The translations under genes and the position numbers were made by a program. A stretch of 64,000 bases of DNA, taken from IMG/VR virus record IMGVR_UViG_3300012016_000001, positions 130,530-194,529 of that record. One strand, 5' to 3'. Origin of the DNA: a virus (taxonomy: Duplodnaviria > Heunggongvirae > Uroviricota > Caudoviricetes). This document shows, one piece after another, positions 39,325-49,542 of the stretch. The stretch's first letter is position 1. Every line of letters begins with the position of its first letter. Under the pieces are notes generated by a model. It saw only the letters and a program-made list of their open reading frames with translations. It was not told where the DNA came from and did not search any database.

Positions 39325-42300
39325 ATACAGAAAAATATAAAACTGGAATAAGAAAAATGCAAACGGCAGCTGGAGGACCATTGTTTCCATGGCAGTAGAA
39401 TACTGAATGGCTTGATAATTGGAAATTTAGAATGACTCCAGCTAGTAGATCTAGAGTTTTATCAGGAAAAGGTGTTGAAACTGATAAACAATATACAGAG
39501 CGTAGAAAAAAGGAAACTACTAAAAGAACATGGAGAAGTGATGCAGCTGATATTGCCCATGGAATAGGTGAAGGAATTTTAGCTTTACACCCATATACAG
39601 CTATTCCTTATTTTGGTGCTAAAGTAGGATAGGACTTTTTAAATGGAACTTATGGATGGCATACAGCTTTAAATGCTTCTGTTCCTTTATTTCATTTAGC
39701 TCCACAAGCTGTAGGATTAAGAGAAGCAACAAATGTAGCATTAGAAGATGCAGCAAATGCTGGCAGTAAAACAGCAAGAAATTGGAGAGTTGCTAGAGAA
39801 ATTAAGTAGGCTACTAAAAATAAGTTCAAATATCCAGAAGAACAGTATATACTAAGAGATAATACTGGAAGTAATTCTAAAATTATTGCATCTGATGTAT
39901 ATAAGTCTTTAGCAGAGGCTAAAAAATATAAAGACTCTGAAGGATATGCAGAGTTAGTACATAGGGCTCAAAGAGAAGCTGAAGAAATGGGATTGCCTTT
40001 TGGTTCCGACTTATACATTGGAGTTAATAATGATTTTCCAAGTATAAAACTAAATTCACGTCCTAAAGGAAAATTAGGTGGATATAAAAAATCTACTAAT
40101 ACAATAGAGCTTGATCCAGATTAGTTAAGTCCAATAGAAGGAAAATATGTTCCTTTTCATGAAGGATTGCATTGGTAGAAAGTTGGAACTCCAGAAATAA
40201 ATTCTCCTTTATATAATAGATGGAAAAGAAATATGTAGGATGATTAGACTTGGAGAGAATTTTATCAATCTGAAGAATATAAAAATCTAGCATATGAAGA
40301 TAATGCAAAAGCTTATGCAAGAAAAAAAGTAAAAGAGGCTTTATACGATGATGCAGATTCTTATCTATCTATTCCTGGAGAGCTTTAGGCTAACGGTTTA
40401 GAAGCAGGTAGAGCAATCGGATTAGAACCTTTTGCAGAATATCCTGGATATGGTAAAGCCCTTAAAGCTTCAGATAAAGCTAGAAATTATAATAAGTGGC
40501 TCTATGATGTAAAGGCTGGAACTGCTTAGGAGATGTAGAATTTTTGGAAAATACTAACTGGTAATTATCTGCCAGCAGTCTCTACACCATTTATATTTGG
40601 TGGATATAATTTATTTAACCAACCATAGCAGCAATTACAATATTAGAAGCAAGGAGGTAAAATGAATACATTAGACTTTTTAAAAAGTGGAGACAGTATT
40701 CATATTAAGAAAAAGAATAGAGGTAAATTCACAGATTACTGTGGAGGACAAGTAACGTCTGCTTGTATATAGAGAGGAAAAAATAGTTCCAATCCAGCAG
40801 TAAGAAAGAGAGCTACATTTGCAGCTAATGCTCGTAAATGGAAACATAAGGACGGAGGAGTACTAAAAGGACAATAGGAAACCCCTATTGGTAGAGTTGT
40901 TGGTTCTGCATAGGTAAAGAAATTTCAATACGGAGGTGCACCAGCAGTATCTACATATGTATATAGACAACCTGTCTTACCCAGAATACAAAGAAGAACT
41001 CCAATTTATCAATCCACTCAAGCAGAGTTTAGAGCGGATAATCGTTCTTCTTGGGAAAGAAAACAAAAATAGTTACAAGCTGAATAGGCACGTAAGGATT
41101 ATTATAAATAGCAATAGGATTAGAAGGCTCAAGAGGGTTTCGATAAATTAATGCACATCATAGCGCCATCTACCTATGTAGAAAATATAATAGGATAGGA
41201 TTTAGGACCAGTAGGTAGGTTTGTAGTAGATATAGCTACACCTGGAGTCGTAGGAGGAGCTCGTAGATTATTAACTGCTACTGGTAAAGGTGTTTTTAAA
41301 AACATGAGAACTAGAGTTGTGGCTAATGAGATGAATAAAACTTTTAATAAAGGAATTAGGACAACTCCTGCAAAGACTAACTGGGCTAGTTATGAAGACT
41401 TTAGATAGAATGGATTAACAGGTTAGTAGATGTTAGAAAGAAGCTGGTTAGATAGAGAACTAGAGACGGGTAATCCTAATAATATGGTACATTATGATTT
41501 TGGAGATCATAAATCCTCGTTTAGAAAAAATAATGGAGCCTATGTATAGAATAACCAGTTGATTCCTGGATAGAGCAGTCAAGCGAACTATGTATGGTGG
41601 GGCAGTGAAGGTCCTTGGCAACATTCTTAGTGGATGTTTATTAATCCAAAATTATAGACTCCTACAAGATATATAAGTACTCCTAAAACTAAACAATTCT
41701 TAAGAGTAAATGATCATCCTGAAAAAGCTATAGGTTAGAATTAGATAGCACCATAGACTATAACGGATAACGAGTTTGTAACTGAAGGACCAGTAGATTT
41801 ATCTAATGCTTCAATAATATAGAAAGATCCATTAGGATGGTGGGGAAGAGTAAAATATACTACTAGTTCACCACAACAAGCTACTCATCCTTGGCAATTA
41901 TCCAATTCAAGATATGGTAGATTTCAATAGCCTAATGGCAAAATAAGATTATAGTTACCTTCACATACTGAAACTACTCCAAGACAGTTTGTTCTTGAAC
42001 CATAGGGTAATAATAAATATTATGTACATATGCGTACTTGGGATGGAGATAAAATTCCAGCTAATATGAGTTCTGCAGAGAAAAATACTTTATTTGAAGC
42101 CCTATATAATGAGTTACCTAATGGAGCTGAAATATTATTTCCACAATCTGGGCCAGGAAATTATGCTACTAGAGGAACTGTAGCAGGTCTTTAGCATTTA
42201 AGTAGAGACTCAAGATTTACTCCAGGAACTAAAGGCACTTTATATTATCTTGATAAAGATGGAAAAACTGTAAAAACTTATGAAGGAACTTCCTTTATAA

Positions 42301-43244
42301 AGAGCAGTGAAAACTAGTATTCTAAAGAGCCAGTAATTAGAGGTAAAAACTACGAAGACTATGTAACTGGATTAGGTGATAATTTTTTAAATCATGGAGC
42401 AAAAGTAAAACTTGTAGAGCCTAATCCAGAATTAACTAAGATTACTGATAGAATTGGGTTTACTCCTATATTCTAGATGTGGCCAGGAAAAAGGTTAAGA
42501 GCACAGGCAAAAGAAATAACTAGAAGACTTGAACAACAAGGTATGGACGTTGATAAACAAACTGCTAATTTACCTGGAGTAGGGGAAGGAACTGTTCGTG
42601 AAGTAATTGATAAGAATGTTGGCCTTCCTAGTTATATAGGATATTTCAAAAAACCAGGTGTTTCTGGTTCATATAATAAGAAGACTGGAATAACCTTAGT
42701 TGACCCAACAGAATATGATAAAACTGTTACTACTATGTAGCATGAGAGGAATATGCATGGTACAGAGAGAATTCTTACTGACAAAATGTGGGAACCTTAT
42801 TAGAATTTCTTAAATAATATTTTTAATGGTAGATCTTTTAATACTACAACAATAAATAATAAAAAATATTATAGTGTTACTGACCCAGATAATGCAATGC
42901 AAGAATTTCCAATAACAAGTTCTGCCCTTAAAAAAGAAGAACTACGTGCAACATTAGGACAGTATAGAAAAGACTTATATGATTAGGTTGCTTATCCAAA
43001 AGCAAAAGCAGCAGGACTAGATATTAAACCTGATGATTTAGAAGGTTTACGTCCATTCTTCGAATAGGCAGTAGATGAACTTACTATACCTTAGGTTAAG
43101 TTAGATTTACATTCTATAAATGCTTATGGAAGAACTTATGCAAAGCTTGGACCTAAATGGAATCCTAACTTCTTGGAAGAACTTAAACAATTGTTAAAGT
43201 ACTCTCCAGGAGTTTTACCTTTTATGTACAATGAAGAAAAATAA
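39321..43244 (+). CDS. ~1307-aa multidomain protein with a zincin-like HExxH motif (TAG=Gln)
   Basis: Read by hand: no TAA/TGA in frame from 39321 to the TAA at 43242, with many TAGs. HEGLH near 40158 with downstream E (GELQA); second HERNMH near 42741; basic module IHIKKKNRGKFTDYCGG...RKRATFAANARKW. Confidence 0.8.
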
Positions 43245-43509
43245 ATTCTATAAAGAAAATAAAAGGATACTATAGGAACATAAAACTAAATGTTGTATTT
43301 GCGGAGAAGATGCTAAATGTTGTCTAGAGTTTCACCATTTAAGAGATAAATTATATAATATATCAGAGGCAGCTAGTCATATACCTACAGACTTATTCTT
43401 ACAAGAATTAGATAAGTGTGTATGTATATGTTCTAACTGTCATAAAAAATTACATAATGGATTATTTGAGTTACATAAAGAAGTTCACTCCGATGACTGT
43501 ACTTCCTAA
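43231..43509 (+). CDS. Small HNH endonuclease (92 aa; TAG=Gln)
   Basis: CCICGE...LEFHH...KCVCICSNCHKKLH. Confidence 0.8.
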
Positions 43510-44200
43510 TGATAAGACTACAGTAAGTAAACCTTTATTGGAAATGTATATTCCTACTAGAAGTATAGATGCTAAAAGAGCTCTACCATCTAAATAGGAA
43601 TATGATGATACAGAGTATAAAGTATACTGGGGACAAAGAATACAGAATAATATTATTAGGAGTGGAGGAATTAAAGACCTATATAAATAGTTTGTAGGTT
43701 CTTGGGAAGGTAGAAAGATGACTAATACTTCTGGAGATAGAGGAGGTCTTACTAATAATGGAATAACATTAAGTACATGGAAATCAGTAGGTAAAGATAA
43801 AAACAATGACGGAGTTGTAGATGCAAAAGATTTAGCTTTAATGACTTAGGCTGACCATGATAATATACTAGAGGAAAGATTCTGGAATGCAGCTAGAGCT
43901 GACGAAATAGTTAATCCATATCTTGCTGCTTATGTAGTAGACTGGACATGGGGAACAGGTCCTACTGCATTTAAAAAGATGCACCAGGCTTTTGGTCTAA
44001 AACCATAGTCTAAAATGACAAATGAATTACTGTCCCATTTAAATGCTAATCCAATTTCTTCATTTAATACTCTGGTTAAGGCACGTATAAATTTTTATAA
44101 AGACTTAGTACATAGTAATCCTAGCCAATAGAAATTCTTAAAAGGATGGCTTAAACGTGCTAATGCTATTACCTTAGAAGGTCTAACATTCAATAAATAA
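43457..44200 (+). CDS. GH108 lysozyme (endolysin) with C-terminal peptidoglycan-binding domain (~247 aa; TAG=Gln)
   Basis: WEGRKMTNTSGDRGGLTNNGIT...DKNNDGVVDAKDL...FWN...RINFYKDLV.SNPSQ-Q-KFLKGWLKR. Confidence 0.85.
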
Positions 44201-44338
44201 TAAAAGTGCTTCTAAATATAATTTTTAAAAATTTTGTTAATTTTATTTGGAAGCCTATATAAAGTTATATATAATACTATTGTTATAATAATGCATTATA
44301 TAATATAGAATAAAACAACCTTTAAAATCGCAAACCTT

Positions 44339-45277
44339 ATGGAAGACAACAAAGTACTGACAGTTCCAGTTAATACTGGATTAGATGCTGCTAGCATGAT
44401 GGCTATGTAGCAGAACTAGATGTTTAATAATCCTTGGGCATATCTTATCCTCTTATCTATTTTCTAGAATGGGGGTTTCGGTAATAGGCTAGGAAACAAT
44501 AATGGAGCAGCAGGTGCCGTAATTGCCACTGATGTTGATGCCAAACTAAATAATCTAGCCGCTCAAATCTCAGATAATAAAAATACCGATACTATTTTAA
44601 ACGCATTACAGGGAAATGCTTTTGCGCAGTCTCAATTAGCTCAAGATCTTAATGTAAGTAGAAGTGCTCTATTAGAAGCAGTTAATACTGTAAATATGGG
44701 AATTGCTCAGTTAGGTGCTACAACAGGAATGGGAATAGCAGGAGTACAGAGTGCTATATCAAACGGTAATCTAAATATGATACAGCAGATGAAAGATTGC
44801 TGCTGCACTCTAAGAACTGAAACTCAAAGAGTAGGTTTTGAAAATCAACTACAGACTGTTGAACAGACTAATACTCTCAATACAAGTATTAACTCTCAAG
44901 GATTTCAAAATCAGTTACAAATTGAGAGACAGACAAATGCCCTATCTAAAGGGATTAGTGACCAGGGTTATGATAACTAGATAAGAACTATAAATCAGAC
45001 TCAAGATATTCTTACTGGAGTAAGAGCAGAAAATACCTTAACTCGTGCATCTATTGACGCTTTCCGTGCAGCATGGGAAAATGGACGTTATCAAGATTTA
45101 CTACAGAAGAATAATGCTTTACAAGATAAACTAAATCTATTAGAGGTACAGGCTGCAACTAATGCTACAGTAACAGCAGCAGTAGCTCCTATACAAGCAC
45201 AAGTATCATCTATTGCCGCACACCAGCCTCTAACATATCCTCAGGTCTATACACCTGGAACAGCTACAAATTCTTAA
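44339..45277 (+). CDS. Gln/Asn-rich protein with an N-terminal hydrophobic segment and a DCCC motif (~312 aa; TAG=Gln)
   Basis: MEDNKVLTVP...NNPWAYLILLSIF-Q-NGGFG...QQMKDCCCTLR; in frame with 44696-44980. Confidence 0.75.
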
Positions 45278-45279
45278 TA

Positions 45280-45309
45280 AAAAAGGGAGGCTTAGACCTC
45301 CCTTATTTT
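45280..45309 (+). terminator. Intrinsic terminator-like hairpin
   Basis: aagggagg-cttaga-cctccctt followed by atttt. Confidence 0.6.
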
Positions 45310-45313
45310 GTAT

Positions 45314-45799
45314 ATGAACTTTAAAGAACTTAAAAAAGGTTTTCCTGTATATGTCCTTAATAAATAGACACTGGAATACAATTAGGGTAAAGTAATACAG
45401 GACGCTACTCCGCCTAGACTTAACCAATAGTTTGGCTAGAGCTTATTAACAGATGTAAGTATAGAAACTAATGGATAGTCAAAAATATGGACACTTCCTG
45501 CGGATTAGAAAGTAGCAGAAATGTAGAGTGATAGTGAAGTAATAATAGCTACAGATAAGAATACTATTATAACAATGATTAAGTCTATAAATGCTGAGTG
45601 TTAGTCCTATTTAGATGGGGTAGAAACTTATCAGAATAAATTAGAACTTAGTAAAAAGCTAATAGCTGAATTAGATGTTACATATAGACAATAGCAATAG
45701 ACTGAGGAAAGATTTACTCGAATTGAAAGTGCGATTGAAAATATAAATAATAAATTAGATAACACCTTAAATAAAATCCTTAATGCAGTTAGTAAATGA
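45314..45799 (+). CDS. Hypothetical protein with C-terminal coiled coil (~161 aa; TAG=Gln)
   Basis: MNFKELKKGFPVYVLNK-Q-...TEERFTRIESAIENI; many in-frame TAGs, TGA stop. Confidence 0.7.
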
Positions 45800-46251
45800 T
45801 TTACGATATATTGAAACAATACGGAAGTGGAGACGAAGTACTTAAACTCCTATCTAATAAGCTATGCAAATATTTACCTGATGAAGAGCATATAAAGGTA
45901 GCAAAAGAACTTTATGAAGCTAGTTAGGGTAAACATTTTGATGAATGCTTTGCCAAAGAATAGGAAAGACATATGTATTACGAAGACAATGGAAGAAAAA
46001 TATATGCTCCTTATTGGGATGATACTACTTCTATATATAATTAGTATAAAAGAAGAATAAGTTCAGCTTATAATAAGTGGGATTTTGATGTAACTATGAA
46101 TATGATTAAAAGTGATTATTATCCCTTATTAAAAAGATGGTTTCCAGAAGAAAAAGATTTAGATGAAAAGATAATAGAACTCACCGTAAATTGGTTAAAC
46201 GATGATGATAATCCATTTGGTGATTCTAAAATATGGTGTTACTTTAAATAA
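45796..46251 (+). CDS. Hypothetical phage protein (~151 aa; TAG=Gln)
   Basis: GKHFDECFAK...YNKWDFDVTMNMIKSDY...NWLNDDDNP...KIWCYF. Confidence 0.7.
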
Positions 46252-46283
46252 AAAAAAGGAGGCTCTGTTGAGTCTCCTTTTTT
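46251..46283. terminator. Bidirectional terminator between convergent blocks
   Basis: aaaaaaaggaggctc-tgtt-gagtctccttttt. Confidence 0.75.
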
Positions 46284-46473
46284 ATTTTGAGTAAATTCCA
46301 CAATGACAAATGGTTCCTTTTGGTGCATCTCTAAATTCTCTACACATACATATAGTATCTTTATTCCTTACTAAAGAGCATGGACAGTATCTCTTCCCGT
46401 ACTTTTCCTTGTTCTTTGCTAGTCCCTTTTGGATTAGTTCCCAAAGTTCTTTGTCTTCAGTTTTCTTTATCAT
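46282..46473 (-). CDS. Ferredoxin-thioredoxin reductase catalytic-subunit-like protein
   Basis: KYGKRYCPC...ICMC.EF...CHCGIY matches the CPC/CxC/CHC Fe-S and disulfide motif. Confidence 0.75.
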   Translation of the reverse strand: MIKKTEDKELWELIQKGLAKNKEKYGKRYCPCSLVRNKDTICMCREFRDAPKGTICHCGIYSK

Positions 46474-46634
46474 ATCTTACTGATATTTCATTTAGTTTAT
46501 CTTGCCAATCAATAAATTCTTGTGAATCGAATAAATCGTGTTCCTGCACTAGTCTGTAAATTGCTTCTGCTTCATCAATATGAGCTTGAAAGAGCTGTTT
46601 CCATAATTCCATCATACATTTTCAATTTTATAAG

Positions 46635-46721
46635 TTCCCCCCGTAGGATTCGAACCCACACTTACGCCTTCAGAGGGCTACGGATTTAGAGTCCGCTGTG
46701 CTACCATTACACCAGAGAGGA
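46635..46721 (-). tRNA. Amber suppressor tRNA (anticodon CUA), Gln-like body with an extended variable arm
   Basis: TCCTCTC TG GTGTAATGGTAGCAC A GCGGA-CTCTAAA-TCCGT AGCCCTCTGAAGGCGTAAGT GTGGG-TTCGAAT-CCTAC GGGGGGA A. Anticodon at 46687-46689. Confidence 0.9.
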
Positions 46722-46790
46722 AAGTTGAACTTGGAAGTCCAAGTTCAAAGCGTGAGGAAGAAAGTTCTTCCCGACTTCCAAGTTGAAGCC

Positions 46791-47138
46791 TTATACTCCA
46801 TACTTACTTTGTAGTTTAGAAATTTTCTGTGCAACTACTTTTCTAACTATATTCTTAAACTTATTAATTAGTTCTGGAGTAATATCTTTAATCTTAGCTA
46901 AGTCTTGTCCAGTTACATGCGTATAGTACTCACAAGCAGCTATAAAAATGTCATCATCTAGGGTCTTTAAATATTCTTCAAATTGCCCTTGATAATCTTT
47001 CTCCTTAATTTCCATAATTAGTTTATTATTTTCTTGAGAAATATTTACATCATACTCTCCATTTCCAAAAAGAGTGGGGCATAAATCGTTTAGGGTCTGA
47101 CCTAAAGCAGCAATTTCAATTTTTTCTAATTGTCTCAT
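46791..47138 (-). CDS. Hypothetical protein
   Basis: Uninterrupted 115-aa ORF upstream of the suppressor tRNA. Confidence 0.65.
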   Translation of the reverse strand: MRQLEKIEIAALGQTLNDLCPTLFGNGEYDVNISQENNKLIMEIKEKDYQGQFEEYLKTLDDDIFIAACEYYTHVTGQDLAKIKDITPELINKFKNIVRKVVAQKISKLQSKYGV

Positions 47139-47333
47139 AACTGAAACTAATATAACTCCCCCTCCCCCCCTTTGGAAAGAAATTTAAATTTTTTAACTAA
47201 TTTCAAAAATTTTTTTGAAAAATTTTTTTGAAAAATTCTGAGAGGGAGAGTACAGTGCCCCTTTAGTCCCCCCCTCATTATTGAGTAAAACTCAAGACAA
47301 AATTACATTATTAACACTAAAAACGTTACATTT

Positions 47334-47810
47334 ATGGAACAAGCAATTAGAGATGCTATGCGCGCTTCTATTAGAAGCATCGTAGCAAATGCTATCGCAG
47401 AGGGACAGAACAATCCGTTGAGTCAGCAGGCTCGTCGTTTGTCACTTACTGAGGGTCAGGTCGTGCACATCAAACACACTATCGACCCTGCGACGGGTGA
47501 ATCAACGTTGAGACCTGACCACGTAACTAATGCTGACGGTGCACAGGGCAATGCCTTCTTTGGTTACGATACTGAAGAAGAGATTCTTGTGACTATCAGC
47601 CAGCTATGTCGTCGTGGTAATGGCTTGAAACTCAAAGGTGAACTCACAGAGGATATGCTCGTGGACTTCTGCGAAAAGGTGGAACAGGCTTACGAAGACC
47701 ACAAAGACCAGCCCGACTACAAGGGTCCAGCTATCAAGGTACTTGAGCTCAAGACACGTCCGAGTCGTACTGGCCTGCAAGTCATCCCGATGTGGCAGCC
47801 TACTTGGTAA
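47334..47810 (+). CDS. Hypothetical early protein (first gene after the strand switch)
   Basis: 158-aa ORF, visibly higher GC, no TAG, AT-rich leader typical of Bacteroidota translation initiation. Confidence 0.75.
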   Translation: MEQAIRDAMRASIRSIVANAIAEGQNNPLSQQARRLSLTEGQVVHIKHTIDPATGESTLRPDHVTNADGAQGNAFFGYDTEEEILVTISQLCRRGNGLKLKGELTEDMLVDFCEKVEQAYEDHKDQPDYKGPAIKVLELKTRPSRTGLQVIPMWQPTW

Positions 47811-48311
47811 GGGTAGTGGGGGAAACCCCACACCCTTCGGGTGTGTGTAGCATGCACTTGTCGAAGTCAGCAGGTGTATGCTGCACACTTTCTTTATTGT
47901 TTGTTTTTTCGTTTTTATGTTTTTCAGTTGTCCAGCTAAAGTTGTGAGTAGGGAGATGATTGAGCTCCCTTGCGGTCGAGAGTTTCTTGACCATCCAACT
48001 ACTGCTAAAGGAGATGTGTTTGTAACTGCATACTTTGATAGTAATAGTGCAATACATCTTGTGAGGGTAGTGGATATGAGTAGATTACATGAAAAAAATG
48101 AGATAAGAGATTGGCTCTAGGGGTACTGCATGCAGGCCCTAGGCCATTCTCACCCATTTCCACTTGTTCTAACCCATTTCATTTTCTTCATTTTAGCATA
48201 ATGTATAGGATAGCCAATGTGTGTAGTTTGAGTATTACTTGCTGGTTTTAAGCCAGGATAAATAATTTAGTCAAGAAGTTTAATAACCTAAAATAAAGAA
48301 AGGGAATTTGT

Positions 48312-48698
48312 ATGTATGCAGTTCAGCACAAAAGCTCAGGTCAGCTTATAGACCTATGTGAACTTGAAGAACAGACCAAGTTTTGGACTGAGAAATACCC
48401 AGAAGTAGAAGTAGTCAATACTCAAAATGCATCTAAAATAGAATTGCACTATATTGAGCTTGGTGGACCTTGGGGATATGGATGTAATACGCCGGAATTC
48501 ACCACTTACGGTGGACTTCTTAAATGTATCCGTCATCTCATTCAGTATCTACAGGATTCAGCACGCACTTTTGGGCCAGACCCTAGAGACATCAAAGACT
48601 ATTTTCGTCACTGTCACCTTTATGTGAATGATGAGGATAAGTCACAGTGGCTCTGGAAACAAGTTGACAAAATAGACATTAAAACTATAATAGTATGA
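48312..48698 (+). CDS. Hypothetical early protein
   Basis: 128-aa ORF, standard code. Confidence 0.65.
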   Translation: MYAVQHKSSGQLIDLCELEEQTKFWTEKYPEVEVVNTQNASKIELHYIELGGPWGYGCNTPEFTTYGGLLKCIRHLIQYLQDSARTFGPDPRDIKDYFRHCHLYVNDEDKSQWLWKQVDKIDIKTIIV

Positions 48699-48866
48699 AA
48701 GTAAGTTACAAGGGTGAAACATTCGAATGTAACAAAGTATCCTTTAATATATCCAGTGAGCTTGGTGTTTGTGTTTTCCTGCAAGGAGAGCACAACACCT
48801 TGCTTGAGGGTGTAGAAATAGGTAAACTTGTAATTTCAGATGGCACACTTTAATCCTTTCGAGCCT

Positions 48867-49007
48867 ATGCGCATTCCTTGTGAAGGAAGAGGCTGTGCAT
48901 ACTTCCGTACAGACGATTACGGACATACGTATTGCACTTTTGCGCAAGAGATTTATGGACATTCCACTTTAACCTCACAAGTGGTAAGCTGTCCTAAGTG
49001 TATGTGA
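48867..49007 (+). CDS. Small Cys-rich peptide (46 aa)
   Basis: MRIPCEGRGCAYFRTDDYGHTYCTFAQEIYGHSTLTSQVVSCPKCM. Confidence 0.45.
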   Translation: MRIPCEGRGCAYFRTDDYGHTYCTFAQEIYGHSTLTSQVVSCPKCM

Positions 49008-49053
49008 GGGACAAAACCTTTTGGTGTATAGGTGAACCATACTATTAGCAAGT

Positions 49054-49542
49054 ATGTGGAAGGTACAAAATCTGCCGTTTGAATTGGAGCTTGAGGAAGG
49101 AATGGTTTGTTCCGTCCTCAAGAACTCCGATGGAGAGATTGAGTCTATCTCAATCACAACTCCAAAGCCATACAAGCCTGACCCAACCTCACGGTCATGC
49201 TTACATATTAACAAAAGGATGAGTGAAAAACTTGTGGAAGCAATTGAATCTGGCCAGTTCTGGACAAAGTTCAATCATTGCATTTACTCTATAGGGGACG
49301 ACAACATCCTTTGTAAGTGGCTAGGAAAGTACGTATGCGAGATCCAAAAATTCTCAATACAAAAGTATTCAGACAAAAAATATCATTTCTCTCTGGAAAT
49401 AGATTCTGATTCTGGTTTCGGGCCTAGAATCAATGTGAAAGAGGAAGAGATTGAGGATTTCTTACAGGGGAAACCCTGCTCTGATGGTTCTTATCTGTGT
49501 GGAAAAGGAATAGCTAAGTTTTTAGAAGAGTTAACAAAATGA
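49054..49542 (+). CDS. Hypothetical early protein
   Basis: 162-aa ORF coupled (ATGA overlap) to the next gene. Confidence 0.65.
   Translation: MWKVQNLPFELELEEGMVCSVLKNSDGEIESISITTPKPYKPDPTSRSCLHINKRMSEKLVEAIESGQFWTKFNHCIYSIGDDNILCKWLGKYVCEIQKFSIQKYSDKKYHFSLEIDSDSGFGPRINVKEEEIEDFLQGKPCSDGSYLCGKGIAKFLEELTK

Noticed and set aside
1-46251. Apparent mass pseudogenisation (many short ORF fragments)
   Set aside because: Fragments stay in frame and are broken only by TAG, which falls at conserved Gln sites. This is recoding, not decay.
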